This document shows, in pieces, positions 1-11,734 of a DNA stretch of 38,453 nucleotides. Origin of the DNA: Nitriliruptoraceae bacterium. GTDB lineage: Bacteria; Actinomycetota; Nitriliruptoria; Nitriliruptorales; Nitriliruptoraceae. Under the pieces are notes generated by a model, which was given only the letters and a program-made list of their open reading frames with translations, did no database searches and was not told the DNA's origin. The position numbers and the translations under genes were made by a program. Each line of letters begins with the position of its first letter. Positions within the stretch are counted from its first letter, which is position 1. The DNA lies in contig SLLJ01000408.1 in the NCBI GenBank assembly GCA_007134165.1, forward strand, positions 1 to 38,453. Reading direction: 5' to 3'.

Positions 1-156
1 CTCGATCGAGATCAACGCTCACGCCACGTCGAACGTCGGCAGCAGTTGTGCCTCGACCGCGGCGCCGCCGGTCACCGACCGCGCGAGCACGGCGATGGTC
101 AGCCAGCGCCAGCGGATGACCTCGAGCAGCTCGTCGAGCACCAAGCGTTCCGTCAT
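1..156 (-). pseudogene. Probable disrupted Wzz/YveK-like chain-length determinant N-terminus (runs off the window)
   Basis: ATG at 156 gives MTERLVLDELLEVIRWRWLTIAVLARSVTGGAAVEAQLLPTFDVA, TGA at 21-19, then the same frame continues ALISIE. This resembles the Wzz N-terminal pattern (L..L..IRRRW-TM-P.Y.A...L.I). Confidence 0.45.
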
Positions 157-368
157 GCCGTCCACTTCCGTGTCTGCCCGTCCGTCCCCGACCGGCGCTG
201 CGACGACACGACATGCGCGAACAACGGGCCATGAACGAGCAGCCTGACGGCTGGATGCCGGTGGTGCCCGAGCGCCCGAAGCCAACCTCTAGCAGGTGTA
301 ACACACCCGCCACCCTGTGTGACGTTCTGCTGGCCAGGGAAGCGACGACGGTGCCGCGCACCTCGGAG

Positions 369-390
369 GTGACGTGGGCCGAACGTGACG

Positions 391-396
<6 letters not shown>
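369..396. repeat. 12-bp direct repeat GTGACGTGGGCC (369-380, 385-396) overlapping the tRNA 3' end
   Basis: Read directly; 16-bp period. Confidence 0.85.
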
Positions 397-465
<69 letters not shown>

Positions 466-500
466 GAACGATTCCCGCGGCTGACGCGCCGCGGCCGGTG

Positions 501-506
501 AGCGTA
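501..506 (-). promoter_or_regulatory. Putative -10 element (TACGCT) of the tRNA-Ile promoter
   Basis: TANNNT about 35 nt upstream of the mature tRNA 5' end. Confidence 0.45.
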
Positions 507-553
507 GCGACCACGCGACGACCAGGCGAACCGATCGCCGCGGGGCGAGCTGC

Positions 554-1162
554 TCAGCGTGCCCGGTTGCTCTCCCCCGATCGGGACTCCCGGGTCGCCT
601 GGCGGGATGCACGTCCCGGCTGGTCGGCGGCCGACGACGTCGACCTGCGCGGCGAGATCGGGCCGAGCACATGCGCCGCGGTGCTCTCGTTGGCGGTGTC
701 GCGGCGCCGCTGCCCGCCCGAGGTCGAAGAAGAGGGGTTCGCAGCGGTGTGCACCGGCGCCTCGCCCCGCGCCGCCGACCCGGGGGTGTCGTCGATCATC
801 GTGACCACCAACCCGCCGGTGAGGTCGGCGATGAGGTTGTGCAGGAAGGCGAGGAAGACGAGCACCGCCGTCTGTACGACCACCCACAGCAGCCCGAGCA
901 GCACCAGAACCTGGAATGCCGGTCCGGGCTCGAAGCCACAGTTGGTGAAGCCGACGTCCGCGGCGATGCCGCACACCTGGTCGACGAGGTTGAGCCGATC
1001 GGCGACGAACCAGACGACACCGGCGATCAACAGCCCGATGGCCAGGAACGCGAGGTTGAGGATGGCGCCGAACTTCAGCACCGACCAGGGGTCGATGCGT
1101 TTGAGGGTCAACCGGCGGCGGACCAAGGCGCGCTCCTGTGGGGACCGGAGAAGACTACCCAC
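554..1162 (-). CDS. DUF3566 membrane protein (Rv0007-like)
   Basis: RRRLTLKRIDPWSVLK motif, two TM segments, LHNLIADLTGGLVVT motif, synteny downstream of gyrA. Confidence 0.9.
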   Translation of the reverse strand: MGSLLRSPQERALVRRRLTLKRIDPWSVLKFGAILNLAFLAIGLLIAGVVWFVADRLNLVDQVCGIAADVGFTNCGFEPGPAFQVLVLLGLLWVVVQTAVLVFLAFLHNLIADLTGGLVVTMIDDTPGSAARGEAPVHTAANPSSSTSGGQRRRDTANESTAAHVLGPISPRRSTSSAADQPGRASRQATRESRSGESNRAR

Positions 1163-1183
1163 TGCGCCCCCGGCAGCCGGTTC

Positions 1184-1600
1184 TCACCGTGCCGCGCCCT
1201 GCTGCGAACCCTGCAGGCGCACGTTGGGTTCGAAGAGGAAACACACCACCTCGCGGTCATCCTGCTCCCAGGACTCCGCGGTCGGGAACAGCGCGTCGAG
1301 GAAGATCTCGGACTCGAAGTAGTCGATCCCAACGTAGGGCTCGAAGCGCGACAGGCAGCCGTCGAACGCGCTGGAGGCTGCCTCCTCCGCCCCGGGGAAG
1401 TCCCCCCCCGGCAGGTCGAACAGGGCGAAGACCTCGGCGTCGAACGAGTCGTCGCAGTCGACGATCTCGACGTTCTGCACGGTGTCGCCGTCCGGCTGGT
1501 CGAAGCACTGCCCGACCTCGAGCGAGAACACGTTGCCCTCCGAGGAGCAGGCCACCACCAGCAGCGCGCACGCGGCCAGGAGCAAGGAGCGGACACCCAT
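1184..1600 (-). CDS. Lipoprotein, septum-formation-family-like domain
   Basis: Lipobox LVVAC; VFSLEVGQCFD, VDCD...AEVFA and PTAESWEQDDREVVC motifs with 4 domain Cys; GGAAGG RBS. Confidence 0.75.
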   Translation of the reverse strand: MGVRSLLLAACALLVVACSSEGNVFSLEVGQCFDQPDGDTVQNVEIVDCDDSFDAEVFALFDLPGGDFPGAEEAASSAFDGCLSRFEPYVGIDYFESEIFLDALFPTAESWEQDDREVVCFLFEPNVRLQGSQQGAAR

Positions 1601-1659
1601 GACGATCCCTTCCGACAGCGAGCGGCCGAGACCGAGGTGTCCCTGCCCAGGATGGGACC

Positions 1660-4263
1660 CTAGTCCGAGATCGGCGAGGCACGCGCTGCATCCTCGTCGG
1701 AGGCCAGCCCGAGGTCGTCTTCGTCCTCGATCACCATCGCCACGCCCACCACTCGGGTGCCGACCCCGGCTCGCATCAGCGACACCCCCTGGGTGGCGCG
1801 CTTGCGCGGAACAACGTCGGCAAGGTCCATGCGGATCACCACGCCCGCATCGGTCACCAGCAGGATCTCGACCTCGTAGGGCACCGCCAGAGCACCGGCC
1901 AGAGCGCCGCGCTGCTCGGTGAGCTTGGCAGTGATCACCCCCTGACCGCCGCGCTTCTGGGTCGGGTACTCGACCAGGGGAGTGCGCTTCCCGAACCCCT
2001 GTTCGGTGACCACCAGCAGGTAGTCGTCGTCGCGGACCGGCGCCATGGCCAGAACCTCGTCTTCGTCCTCGATGCGCATACCGCGCACCCCGGCCGCCGT
2101 GCGCCCCATGGATCGCACGTCGGTCTCGGAGAAGCGGATGGCTCGACCCGAGCGTGACACCAACACGAGGTCCTCGTCCCCACCGGTGACCCGCACCCCC
2201 ATCAGCTCGTCGTCGTCGCGCAGGTCGATCGCGATGAGCACCGAGCGCGGCGAGTCGAAGGCATCGAGCCGGGTGCGCTTGACCGTCCCACGGCGGGTCG
2301 CGAAGACCAGGAACCTCTGCTCGTCGAAGGCCTGCAACGCGAGCACCGCCGCCACCGTCTCGTCGGGTTCGAGCGCGAGCCCCGGGACGTTGGCGACGTA
2401 GACCCCGCGCGCGGAGCGGGACTTCTCCGGGACCTGGTAGGCCTTGATCCGGTAGACGCGGCCCTGGTTGGTGAAGAACAGCAGGTGATCGTGGGTCGAA
2501 CAGGTCAGCAGAACCGAGATGATGTCGTCCTCCTTCATCTCGGCCCCGCGCACCCCCCGGCCCCCGCGTTTCTGGGTGCGGAACGCGTCGATCGGGGTGC
2601 GCTTGACGTACCCGGCCCGGGTCAGGGTGACCGCGATGTCACCGACCGGGATGAGATCCTCGACGGTCATCGCGCCGTCATCGGTCACGACGCGTGAGCG
2701 GCGCTCGTCCGCGAAACGTTCGCGTACGTCGGTGAGCTCGTCCTTGATGATCGATCGCACCCAGGCCGGGTCGGCGAGGATGGCCTCGAGCTCGGCGATG
2801 AGGGCGAGCAGCTCGTCGTACTCGTCCTGGATGCGCTGGCGCTCGAGCTGCGCGAGTCGGCGCAACTGCATGTCGAGAATGGCCTGGGCCTGGATCTCGG
2901 AGAGCTGGAAACGGGCCATCAGCTCGCCCTTGGCCGCGTCGGCCGAGGCGCTGGCCCGGATCAGGGCGATGATCTGGTCGATGTGGTCGAGCGCGATGAG
3001 CAGGCCCTCGAGCACGTGCGCCCGGTCCCGGGCCTTGCGCAGCCGATAGCTGGTGCGCCGGGTGATGACCTCGACCTGGTGGGCGATGTAGTGACCGAGC
3101 GCCTGGTTGAGGGTGAGCGTGCGTGGGATCCCGTCGACCAGCGCCAGCAGGTTGACGCCGAAGGTGTCCTGCAGCTGGGTGTGCTTGTAGAGCTGGTTGA
3201 GCACGACCTGGGCGTTGGCGTCACGCTTGAGATCGATCACCACCCGCATCCCCTCGCGGGAGGACTCGTCGCGCAGGTCGGCGATCCCGGTGAGGACCTT
3301 GGAGTTGACCAGTTGGGCGATCTTCTGGAGGAGGTTGGCCTTGTTGACCATGTAGGGGATCTCGGTGACCACGATCCGCTCACGGTCCCGGCCGGCCTCG
3401 GGCTCCTCGATCGTGCACACCGCCCGCACCCGGATGGATCCCCGACCGGTGGTGTAGGCGTCGTAGGCCCCCTGGCTGCCCAGGATCAGCCCCCCGGTGG
3501 GGAAGTCGGGGGCGGGCACGTAGCGCATCAGGTCCACGGCGCTGAGCGTCGGGTCGTCGATCAGCGCGATGGTGGCGTCGATCAGCTCGCCGAGGTTGTG
3601 GGGCGGGATGTTGGTCGCCATCCCGACCGCGATGCCGGTGGCGCCGTTGGCCAGCAGGTTGGGGAACCGGGCCGGCAGGACCACCGGCTCGCGCTCATAG
3701 CCGTCGTAGTTGTCGATGAGGTCGACGGTCTCTTCGTCGATGCCGCGCAGCAGTTCCATCGCCAGGCGCGACAAGCGCGACTCGGTGTAGCGCATGGCGG
3801 CCGGCGGATCCCCGTCCACCGAGCCGAAGTTTCCGTGCCCGTCGATGAGTTCGTAGCGGATGGAGAAGTCCTGGCCCATCCGCACCAATGCGTCGTAGAT
3901 GGCCGAGTCGCCGTGCGGGTGGTACTTCTTCATCACATCGCCGACCGCGGACGCACACTTGCGGTACGGGCGATCGGGACGCAACCCGGTCTCGTCCATC
4001 GAGTACAGGATGCGGCGGTGCACCGGCTTGAGCCCGTCACGCACGTCGGGCAGCGCCCGACCGACGATCACGCTCATGGCATAGTCGAGGTACGAGGCAC
4101 GCATCTCGTCCTCGATGACCACCGGCTCGACGCGGGCGGCGAGCACTCCCCCGGTCTCGTCGATGGGGATGCCCTGTTCGTCCCGCACGACCGGGTCGCC
4201 GGGCGTGGCATCCGGGCTGCCGGGGATCGGCTGCTGGTCGGGATCGGGGAGGTCGTCAGCCAC
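1660..4263 (-). CDS. gyrA: DNA gyrase subunit A
   Basis: [19 protein letters not shown], catalytic AAMRYTE, GyrA-box QKRGGRG. Confidence 0.99.
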   Translation of the reverse strand: MADDLPDPDQQPIPGSPDATPGDPVVRDEQGIPIDETGGVLAARVEPVVIEDEMRASYLDYAMSVIVGRALPDVRDGLKPVHRRILYSMDETGLRPDRPYRKCASAVGDVMKKYHPHGDSAIYDALVRMGQDFSIRYELIDGHGNFGSVDGDPPAAMRYTESRLSRLAMELLRGIDEETVDLIDNYDGYEREPVVLPARFPNLLANGATGIAVGMATNIPPHNLGELIDATIALIDDPTLSAVDLMRYVPAPDFPTGGLILGSQGAYDAYTTGRGSIRVRAVCTIEEPEAGRDRERIVVTEIPYMVNKANLLQKIAQLVNSKVLTGIADLRDESSREGMRVVIDLKRDANAQVVLNQLYKHTQLQDTFGVNLLALVDGIPRTLTLNQALGHYIAHQVEVITRRTSYRLRKARDRAHVLEGLLIALDHIDQIIALIRASASADAAKGELMARFQLSEIQAQAILDMQLRRLAQLERQRIQDEYDELLALIAELEAILADPAWVRSIIKDELTDVRERFADERRSRVVTDDGAMTVEDLIPVGDIAVTLTRAGYVKRTPIDAFRTQKRGGRGVRGAEMKEDDIISVLLTCSTHDHLLFFTNQGRVYRIKAYQVPEKSRSARGVYVANVPGLALEPDETVAAVLALQAFDEQRFLVFATRRGTVKRTRLDAFDSPRSVLIAIDLRDDDELMGVRVTGGDEDLVLVSRSGRAIRFSETDVRSMGRTAAGVRGMRIEDEDEVLAMAPVRDDDYLLVVTEQGFGKRTPLVEYPTQKRGGQGVITAKLTEQRGALAGALAVPYEVEILLVTDAGVVIRMDLADVVPRKRATQGVSLMRAGVGTRVVGVAMVIEDEDDLGLASDEDAARASPISD

Positions 4264-4287
4264 CAGGGCTCCTTGGGGGTGCGGCGA

Positions 4288-4527
4288 TCAGCGCGGTGCG
4301 TGACCATCGGGGTCGTCGGGCTCGTCGTCCGGCAGCGCCTCGGACATCGGGTGGAAGCTGTCCGCCCGACGCGACACTCCCCACAGCAGCGCGCCCGACA
4401 GCACACCGGCCACGACGCCACCCGTCACCGAACCGCCGGTACCAAAGCCCAGGAATAGCGCGACCCCGGCTACCGAGACGAAGCCGATGACCACGGCGAG
4501 CAGGACGGCGCGTGTGGTGCGGTCCAT
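4288..4527 (-). CDS. Small two-TM membrane protein with acidic tail, unknown function
   Basis: 79 aa, two hydrophobic Gly-rich helices, GGGAG RBS, fits the gyrB-gyrA gap. Confidence 0.7.
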   Translation of the reverse strand: MDRTTRAVLLAVVIGFVSVAGVALFLGFGTGGSVTGGVVAGVLSGALLWGVSRRADSFHPMSEALPDDEPDDPDGHAPR

Positions 4528-4533
4528 CGGCGA

Positions 4534-4940
4534 TCACTCCCGGTCGTCGACGTGCTGCCGGTGGCGTCGCCGTGCCACCAGCCCCAGCACGATCAGACCC
4601 GGTACGGCCGCCGCGAACACGAGCAGCGCGAGTTCGGCACCGGCGCGGGGCGCCGCAGCGAGCAGTTCGGGGGCCACCGCCAGCATCGCCAGGGCGAGTA
4701 GTGCCAACCCCCCGACCAGCCACAGCAGGGCACGTCGGGCCGAACCGGACTCCTCGGCGCCGGCCGCCGCCGCGCCGCACTGACGGGGACGCAGCGCGAA
4801 GGCGCCAGCCAGCCCGACACCGAACAGCAGGCCCAGTGGCCAGGCGCCGGTCGCCACCCCCAGTGCGGCACCGGCCACCAGCCCGATCCCGAGCCCGGCA
4901 GCGGGCACGACACCAGGCGCGCGGGAGGGTCGTGGGTGCA

Positions 4941-4941
<1 letters not shown>
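4534..4941 (-). CDS. Membrane protein with about 4 TM segments, unknown function
   Basis: ATG overlaps the gyrB stop (TGATG); about four hydrophobic segments. Confidence 0.65.
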
Positions 4942-7067
<2,126 letters not shown>

Positions 7068-7200
7068 CTAGCAGGAGCGCGGGTCGCGGCTCAGGGGCCC
7101 GGAACCGCCTGTGGAGGACGGACCCCCCCACCACGTACCCAGCTTCGCGGCAGGCAGCGCGGCCGGCCAAGCGCCGCTCAGCGCGACGGAGCAGACGGCC

Positions 7201-7872
7201 TCAGCCGCTGGCGAGCAGGGTGGCGATCTGGTTGACGAGGTCCATCGACTGCCGACCCGACGCGCGCACCTGCACGATGCCTTCGGCGTCGATGCCGACC
7301 CAGTAGGGGGTGCCGGTCAACCCAAAGGCCTGGGCCACGCTGCCCTCGGCGTCGTCGGTGATCACCGGGCCCGGGTAGCCCACCCGGGAGAACCAGGCGT
7401 CGGGCGGCCAGTTGGTGTCGTCGGGACGGTGCAGGGTCGACACCGCGATCACCTCGACGTCACCGTCGGGTCCGCCCTCGTCGAGCCAGGCTGCCACTTC
7501 GGGCAACTCGTCCCGGCAGAACGAGCACCAGGAAGCCATGAACACCACCAACTGGGGGTTGCCGGTGCCTCCGATCGAGACCGGGTTGCCCGCGAAGTCG
7601 GCACCCTCGATACGGGGGGCCGCCTGCCCGAGCGCCGGGTCGTCACCCGGATCGGTGTCCCCGGCCGGAGGCAGTGCCTCACCGGTGATGGTGGGGCTGC
7701 CGGCCACGTCGGCCAGCGACGTCTCGCGCACTTCGCGCTCGGCGGCGCGGTCCTCGGCGTCGCCCGCCGCCGACCAGGCGATCAAGCCGACCACGAGCAG
7801 GACGGCCAGACCGATTCCGCCCCCGATCAGCAGGGTGCGCCGGTCGGTGCCGGCCTTGGTGTTCGACGACAT
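7201..7872 (-). CDS. Membrane-anchored TlpA/ResA-family thiol-disulfide oxidoreductase
   Basis: N-terminal TM, FMASWCSFC (CxxC), cis-Pro GTP motif, AGGAGG RBS. Confidence 0.88.
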   Translation of the reverse strand: MSSNTKAGTDRRTLLIGGGIGLAVLLVVGLIAWSAAGDAEDRAAEREVRETSLADVAGSPTITGEALPPAGDTDPGDDPALGQAAPRIEGADFAGNPVSIGGTGNPQLVVFMASWCSFCRDELPEVAAWLDEGGPDGDVEVIAVSTLHRPDDTNWPPDAWFSRVGYPGPVITDDAEGSVAQAFGLTGTPYWVGIDAEGIVQVRASGRQSMDLVNQIATLLASG

Positions 7873-7922
7873 CGAGAACCTCCTGGTGCGGTGAGATCAG
7901 TGGAGACGGCGACGATTGCGTG

Positions 7923-7952
7923 ACGGTTCGTTCAGGGTTCGGTGAGGGTTCG
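7923..7952. promoter_or_regulatory. Three 8-bp direct repeats A(C/G)GGTTCG with an 11-bp period; putative regulator binding site
   Basis: Copies at 7923, 7934 and 7945 in the dsbB-tlpA intergenic region. Confidence 0.5.
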
Positions 7953-7975
7953 CGTGGTGGCCGGCAACGGTCGGG

Positions 7976-8491
7976 TCAGTCGTCGGTGGGCCGCGAGCGG
8001 GCCGCCAGGCTCAGGCTGATGATGGCCAGGAAACCGGCCAGCGCCATCCCGGGGATGGTCACGAAGCCGAACTCTTGGACCCACAGCACGTCGCACGGGG
8101 CCGAGATGTCGCAGGAACCCCCGAGCGCCGCCAGACGTTCCACCCCAAGGTGGTACACGGCGATGGCCGCACCCACGCCCGCCAGCGGGACGGAGGTGCG
8201 CCACACCTGCGTGTCCCCGCGGAGCGCGGCCACGCCGAGCACCACCACCAGTGGGTACATCGCGATGCGCTGGTACCAGCACAGCACACAGGGTGGGTAG
8301 CCCGCGATCTCCGAGAGGTACAGCGAGCCCAGGGTGGCGGTGGTGGCCACGGCGGTCGACAGCGGCAGCGCGAGCGTCGTGCGCAACCAGGCAGGGACCC
8401 GCCCGGTGGCCACCAAGCCCGCGATCACGCCGGCACCGCCCAGCGCGAGCAGGGCGAGCAGCGCGAAGAAGCGCTCAGCGACGGCGAACAC
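7976..8491 (-). CDS. dsbB: DsbB/BdbC-family disulfide bond formation protein
   Basis: GSLYLSEIAGYPPCVLCWYQRIAMYP signature, second Cys pair SCDISAPC, FGFVTIP. Start uncertain (GTG 8491 with GGGAGG, or GTG 8593). Confidence 0.9.
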   Translation of the reverse strand: MFAVAERFFALLALLALGGAGVIAGLVATGRVPAWLRTTLALPLSTAVATTATLGSLYLSEIAGYPPCVLCWYQRIAMYPLVVVLGVAALRGDTQVWRTSVPLAGVGAAIAVYHLGVERLAALGGSCDISAPCDVLWVQEFGFVTIPGMALAGFLAIISLSLAARSRPTDD

Positions 8492-8589
8492 GAACGGGGT
8501 GACCTCCCGGGGGTGGCGTGGATGCTCCCCCATGACCCACGTGGTGGTCGCGAGGGTACCCACCACCGCCTCGGTGACGTGGGGCCCCG

Positions 8590-9048
8590 TCACTCGCTCT
8601 GGAGCGGACCGACCACCAGGCGGATGTCGCGGACCACCGGTTCGCCGAGCACCTCGGTGAGGTTGGCGAGCAGACCGGGCACCAGGTAGCGCAGTTGCGT
8701 GGCCCAAACGGCGCTTCGAGCGCGGACAACGAGGATTCCACCCGCCACTCGCACGGGCTGGCAGTGCCGCGCGAGGTCGGGGCCGACCACCTCGTCCCAG
8801 CGTGCCCAGAGGGTGGCGGTGACCAGCCGCTGGCTCCAGCCCTGACGCTGCACCAGCTGGGCCAGCGCCTCCCCCACGGGTCGGGGGTCGGGAACCCGGC
8901 GCAGCCCGTCGGTATCGGGCTCCTCGATCGTCCAGTCGTCGTCGCTGGGCGGCGCCGGGTCGAAACTGGCGCGGTCGAGCGCGGCGCGGCGGGCTGCCTG
9001 GCGCCGCCGCTCCGCGGCATCGGCACGGGCCTCCCGATCCGGCCTCAC
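8590..9048 (-). CDS. dciA: DUF721/DciA helicase-loading family protein
   Basis: WDEVVGPDLARHCQP...SAVWATQLRYL; follows recF with GTGA overlap. Confidence 0.88.
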   Translation of the reverse strand: MRPDREARADAAERRRQAARRAALDRASFDPAPPSDDDWTIEEPDTDGLRRVPDPRPVGEALAQLVQRQGWSQRLVTATLWARWDEVVGPDLARHCQPVRVAGGILVVRARSAVWATQLRYLVPGLLANLTEVLGEPVVRDIRLVVGPLQSE

Positions 9049-10238
9049 GCGGCGCCCTCCACTCCGGTTGGCCCCGGCTCCCGGGGTCGCAGGCGGGTCA
9101 CCCCCGCATCGAGGGTGACCTCGACGCGGGACCCGGCAAGGGGGACGTCCGCCTCGACGGCCGCGGTGACCAGGACCTGGTCGAACCCACGACAGGCGGT
9201 CGCCAGCCGTTCCCGACGCACCTCATCGAGCTCAGCGAAGACGTCGTCGAGGAGCACGACCGGTCGGTCACCGACCTCGGCGAGCAACACGTCGGTGGCC
9301 AGCTTGAGCGCCAGGGCCAGGGACCACACCTCCCCGTGACTGGCGTACCCCCGCGCGGGCAGCGCCCCGATGGACAGCTCGAGCTCGTCGCGGTGCGGGC
9401 CGACCAGGGTCAGCCCTCGGGCGCGCTCCTCCTCAGCGCGTGCCACGAACCCGTCGCGCAGTCCGGCGACGATGGCCGACGGATCCGGGACCCGGGCGTC
9501 GTCGGCCCCGGAAGTGGCGGTCGCAGCGCCGGCCGTGGAGCGGTAGACCAGTCCGACCGGCTCGGGGCGATCGGCCAGCTCCCGGTAGAAGCGGTCGGTC
9601 GGCGGCGCCAGGGTGCGGACCGCAGCCACCCGGGCGGCGATGAGCTGGGCTCCAGCAGCCACGACCTGCTCGGTCCAGACCTCGAGCGCCGTGGTGAACG
9701 TTCCACCGGCAGGGAGACGCCCGGCTCGAGCGTCGCGCAACAGCTGGTTGCGCTGGCGCAGCGCTCGGTCGTAGTCAGCCCGGGCTGCCGCGTAGGCCGG
9801 GCGTCGCTGGGCGAGCAGGTCGTCGAGGAAGCGCCGGCGCTCGGAGGGCTCGCCCCGCACGATCGCGGTGTCCTCCGGAGCGAACAGGACCACCCTGAGC
9901 ACCCCGAGCGCATCGGCGGCGCGACGCACCTGTTGCCCATCGACGCGGGTGCGGGTACGACGGGTACCCGATGCCAGCTCGAGCTCGACTCGGCGCTCAC
10001 GCCCGTCGTCGGTCTCGAGCCGACACCGGATCACGCCGAGCTCGCAGCCGGCGCGGACCAGCGGTGCGTCACCCGCGACCCGGTGCGACGAACCGGTCGC
10101 CAGCCGGTGGACGGCCTCGAGCAGGTTGGTCTTGCCCTGGGCATTGCGACCGACGAGCAGGGTCACCCCAGCCTCGAGGTCGAGCGAGACGTGATCGTAG
10201 GACCGAACGTCGGTGAGCTCGATGCGACGCAGCAGCAC
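9045..10238 (-). CDS. recF: DNA replication/repair protein RecF
   Basis: GRNAQGKTNLLEA, GPHRDEL, SHGE, LLDDVFAELD. Confidence 0.97.
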   Translation of the reverse strand: MLLRRIELTDVRSYDHVSLDLEAGVTLLVGRNAQGKTNLLEAVHRLATGSSHRVAGDAPLVRAGCELGVIRCRLETDDGRERRVELELASGTRRTRTRVDGQQVRRAADALGVLRVVLFAPEDTAIVRGEPSERRRFLDDLLAQRRPAYAAARADYDRALRQRNQLLRDARAGRLPAGGTFTTALEVWTEQVVAAGAQLIAARVAAVRTLAPPTDRFYRELADRPEPVGLVYRSTAGAATATSGADDARVPDPSAIVAGLRDGFVARAEEERARGLTLVGPHRDELELSIGALPARGYASHGEVWSLALALKLATDVLLAEVGDRPVVLLDDVFAELDEVRRERLATACRGFDQVLVTAAVEADVPLAGSRVEVTLDAGVTRLRPREPGPTGVEGAA

Positions 10239-10242
10239 CCGG

Positions 10243-11355
10243 TCAGCTCACCCGCATCGGCATCAGCAGGTAGGTCAGGTCGTCGGTCTGCTCGTCGTCG
10301 GTCTCCGGGTGCAGTACGGCGGGCTTGAGCCCGTCGCGGAGCTCGATGCGGATGCGCTCGGTACCGGTGGCCTCGAGTCCAGCCAGCAGGAATGCCGGGT
10401 TAAAGGCGATGGTCAGGCCCTCGCCGTCGATGTCGGCCGGCAGAGCCTCCGCGGCGTCCCCCATCTCCTGGTTGGTGGCCTGCAGTTCGACCGAACCGTC
10501 CGAGAAGGTCAAGCTGACCGGAGTGTTGGCCTGACCCAAGGCCACGATCGCCACCCGTTGCAGCGCCTCCACGAGCGGCGTGCGCTCGATCACCACGGTG
10601 GTCTCGTGCGCGTCGGGCAGTAGGGCCCGATAATTGGGGAACGTGCCTTCGATGAGCTTGGTCGTGAGGCGACGGTCACCGAACAGGAACGAGACCTGCC
10701 CCTCCTCGAGCACGATCGTCAGTGAACCGCCGACTTCACCGGCGGCCTTGGCTGCCTCCTGCAGCGAGCGGCTCGGAACCAGCGCGTTGCCTTCGAGGGC
10801 CTGATCCCAGTCGAGCGTGCGCACGGCCAAGCGGTAGCTGTCGGTCGCCGCGGCCGTGAGCAGCCCCCCTTCGGCGTGCAACTGCACCCCGGTCAACACC
10901 GGACGGCCCTCGTCGGTGGAGGCGGCTCGGGCCACCTGACTGACCAGCCGAGCGAAGGCGTCGGCGGGCAGGACGCCGCTGCTGGCGTCCTCGGCGGGAA
11001 CCGGCAGGGTCGGGAAGTCCTCGACCTGCATCCCACGAACGTGGAAGGTCGCCCGTCCGCAGGTGATCTGCAATCGATCCGGTTCCCCGTCGAGTTCGAC
11101 GGGTGCCTGAGGGAAGCGGGCGACCAGTTGGGCGAGCAGCCTCCCGGGGAGCAGCGCGCGGCCCGGACGATCGATCGACACCGGGATGGTGATCTCCGCC
11201 GCGACCTCGAGGTCGGTGGCCCGGCAGGTCAGCTTGCCGTCCTGCGCCTCGAGCAGCACGCCCGACAGGGCCGGCAGGGTGACCCGACCGGCGACCGTGC
11301 GGGTAGCCCAGGACACGGCATCAGCGAACTGGGCCCGATCGGCGCGCAGCTTCAC
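10243..11355 (-). CDS. dnaN: DNA polymerase III beta clamp
   Basis: ATDLE, ATDSYRL, GTFPNYR, C-terminal YLLMPMR. Confidence 0.98.
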   Translation of the reverse strand: MKLRADRAQFADAVSWATRTVAGRVTLPALSGVLLEAQDGKLTCRATDLEVAAEITIPVSIDRPGRALLPGRLLAQLVARFPQAPVELDGEPDRLQITCGRATFHVRGMQVEDFPTLPVPAEDASSGVLPADAFARLVSQVARAASTDEGRPVLTGVQLHAEGGLLTAAATDSYRLAVRTLDWDQALEGNALVPSRSLQEAAKAAGEVGGSLTIVLEEGQVSFLFGDRRLTTKLIEGTFPNYRALLPDAHETTVVIERTPLVEALQRVAIVALGQANTPVSLTFSDGSVELQATNQEMGDAAEALPADIDGEGLTIAFNPAFLLAGLEATGTERIRIELRDGLKPAVLHPETDDEQTDDLTYLLMPMRVS

Positions 11356-11734
11356 GACAGTCCTTCCTGCAGTTGTCCACCGTCATGGTGTAGAAGTCGT
11401 TGTTCTCTTCGTTCTCACGCCATAACCATAGGGGGTGTGCACTCGGTGGACGAGTGGCTCTTCTCGCAGGTCACCCGGGGTACCGGCGTGGTGGAAGGAT
11501 TGTGGGTCATGGCGCCGGCGATCCCCAGCGCGGTGAATGACATCGGGGTGCTTCCACCGCAGCGGTGCGCCGTCCACCGGTCGTGCACGGTGCATCCCCA
11601 GCCGGTGAGCCCGTGGGGGGACACCAGGCACCGTCCCGGTCCCCACCCTCCCCTGTGTCGTCCACGCGTAAGCCACGGCTCGTCCCCAGCTGGTCCACGG
11701 GGACGTCCACGGCCTGCGGGTGCGTCGTGCACGC
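11356..11734. other. oriC: Chromosomal replication origin (oriC), dnaA-dnaN intergenic
   Basis: Degenerate DnaA-box-like 9-mers (TTGTCCACC 11373, TCGTCCACC rc 11445, CCGTCCACC 11570, TCGTCCACG 11658, TGGTCCACG 11691, ACGTCCACG 11703) and an AT-richer tract at about 11388-11430. Canonical actinobacterial position. Confidence 0.85.

Noticed and set aside
19..21. TGA as selenocysteine or programmed read-through
   Set aside because: No Cys-equivalent context, and the downstream sequence needed to assess a SECIS lies outside the window; a nonsense mutation is simpler
1940..1970. Second GyrA-box-like motif (TQKRGGQG) in the GyrA C-terminal domain
   Set aside because: Degenerate copies in other pinwheel blades are common in GyrA
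3890..3925. Fluoroquinolone-resistance substitution in the GyrA QRDR
   Set aside because: [10 protein letters not shown] retains the Ser83/Asp87 equivalents
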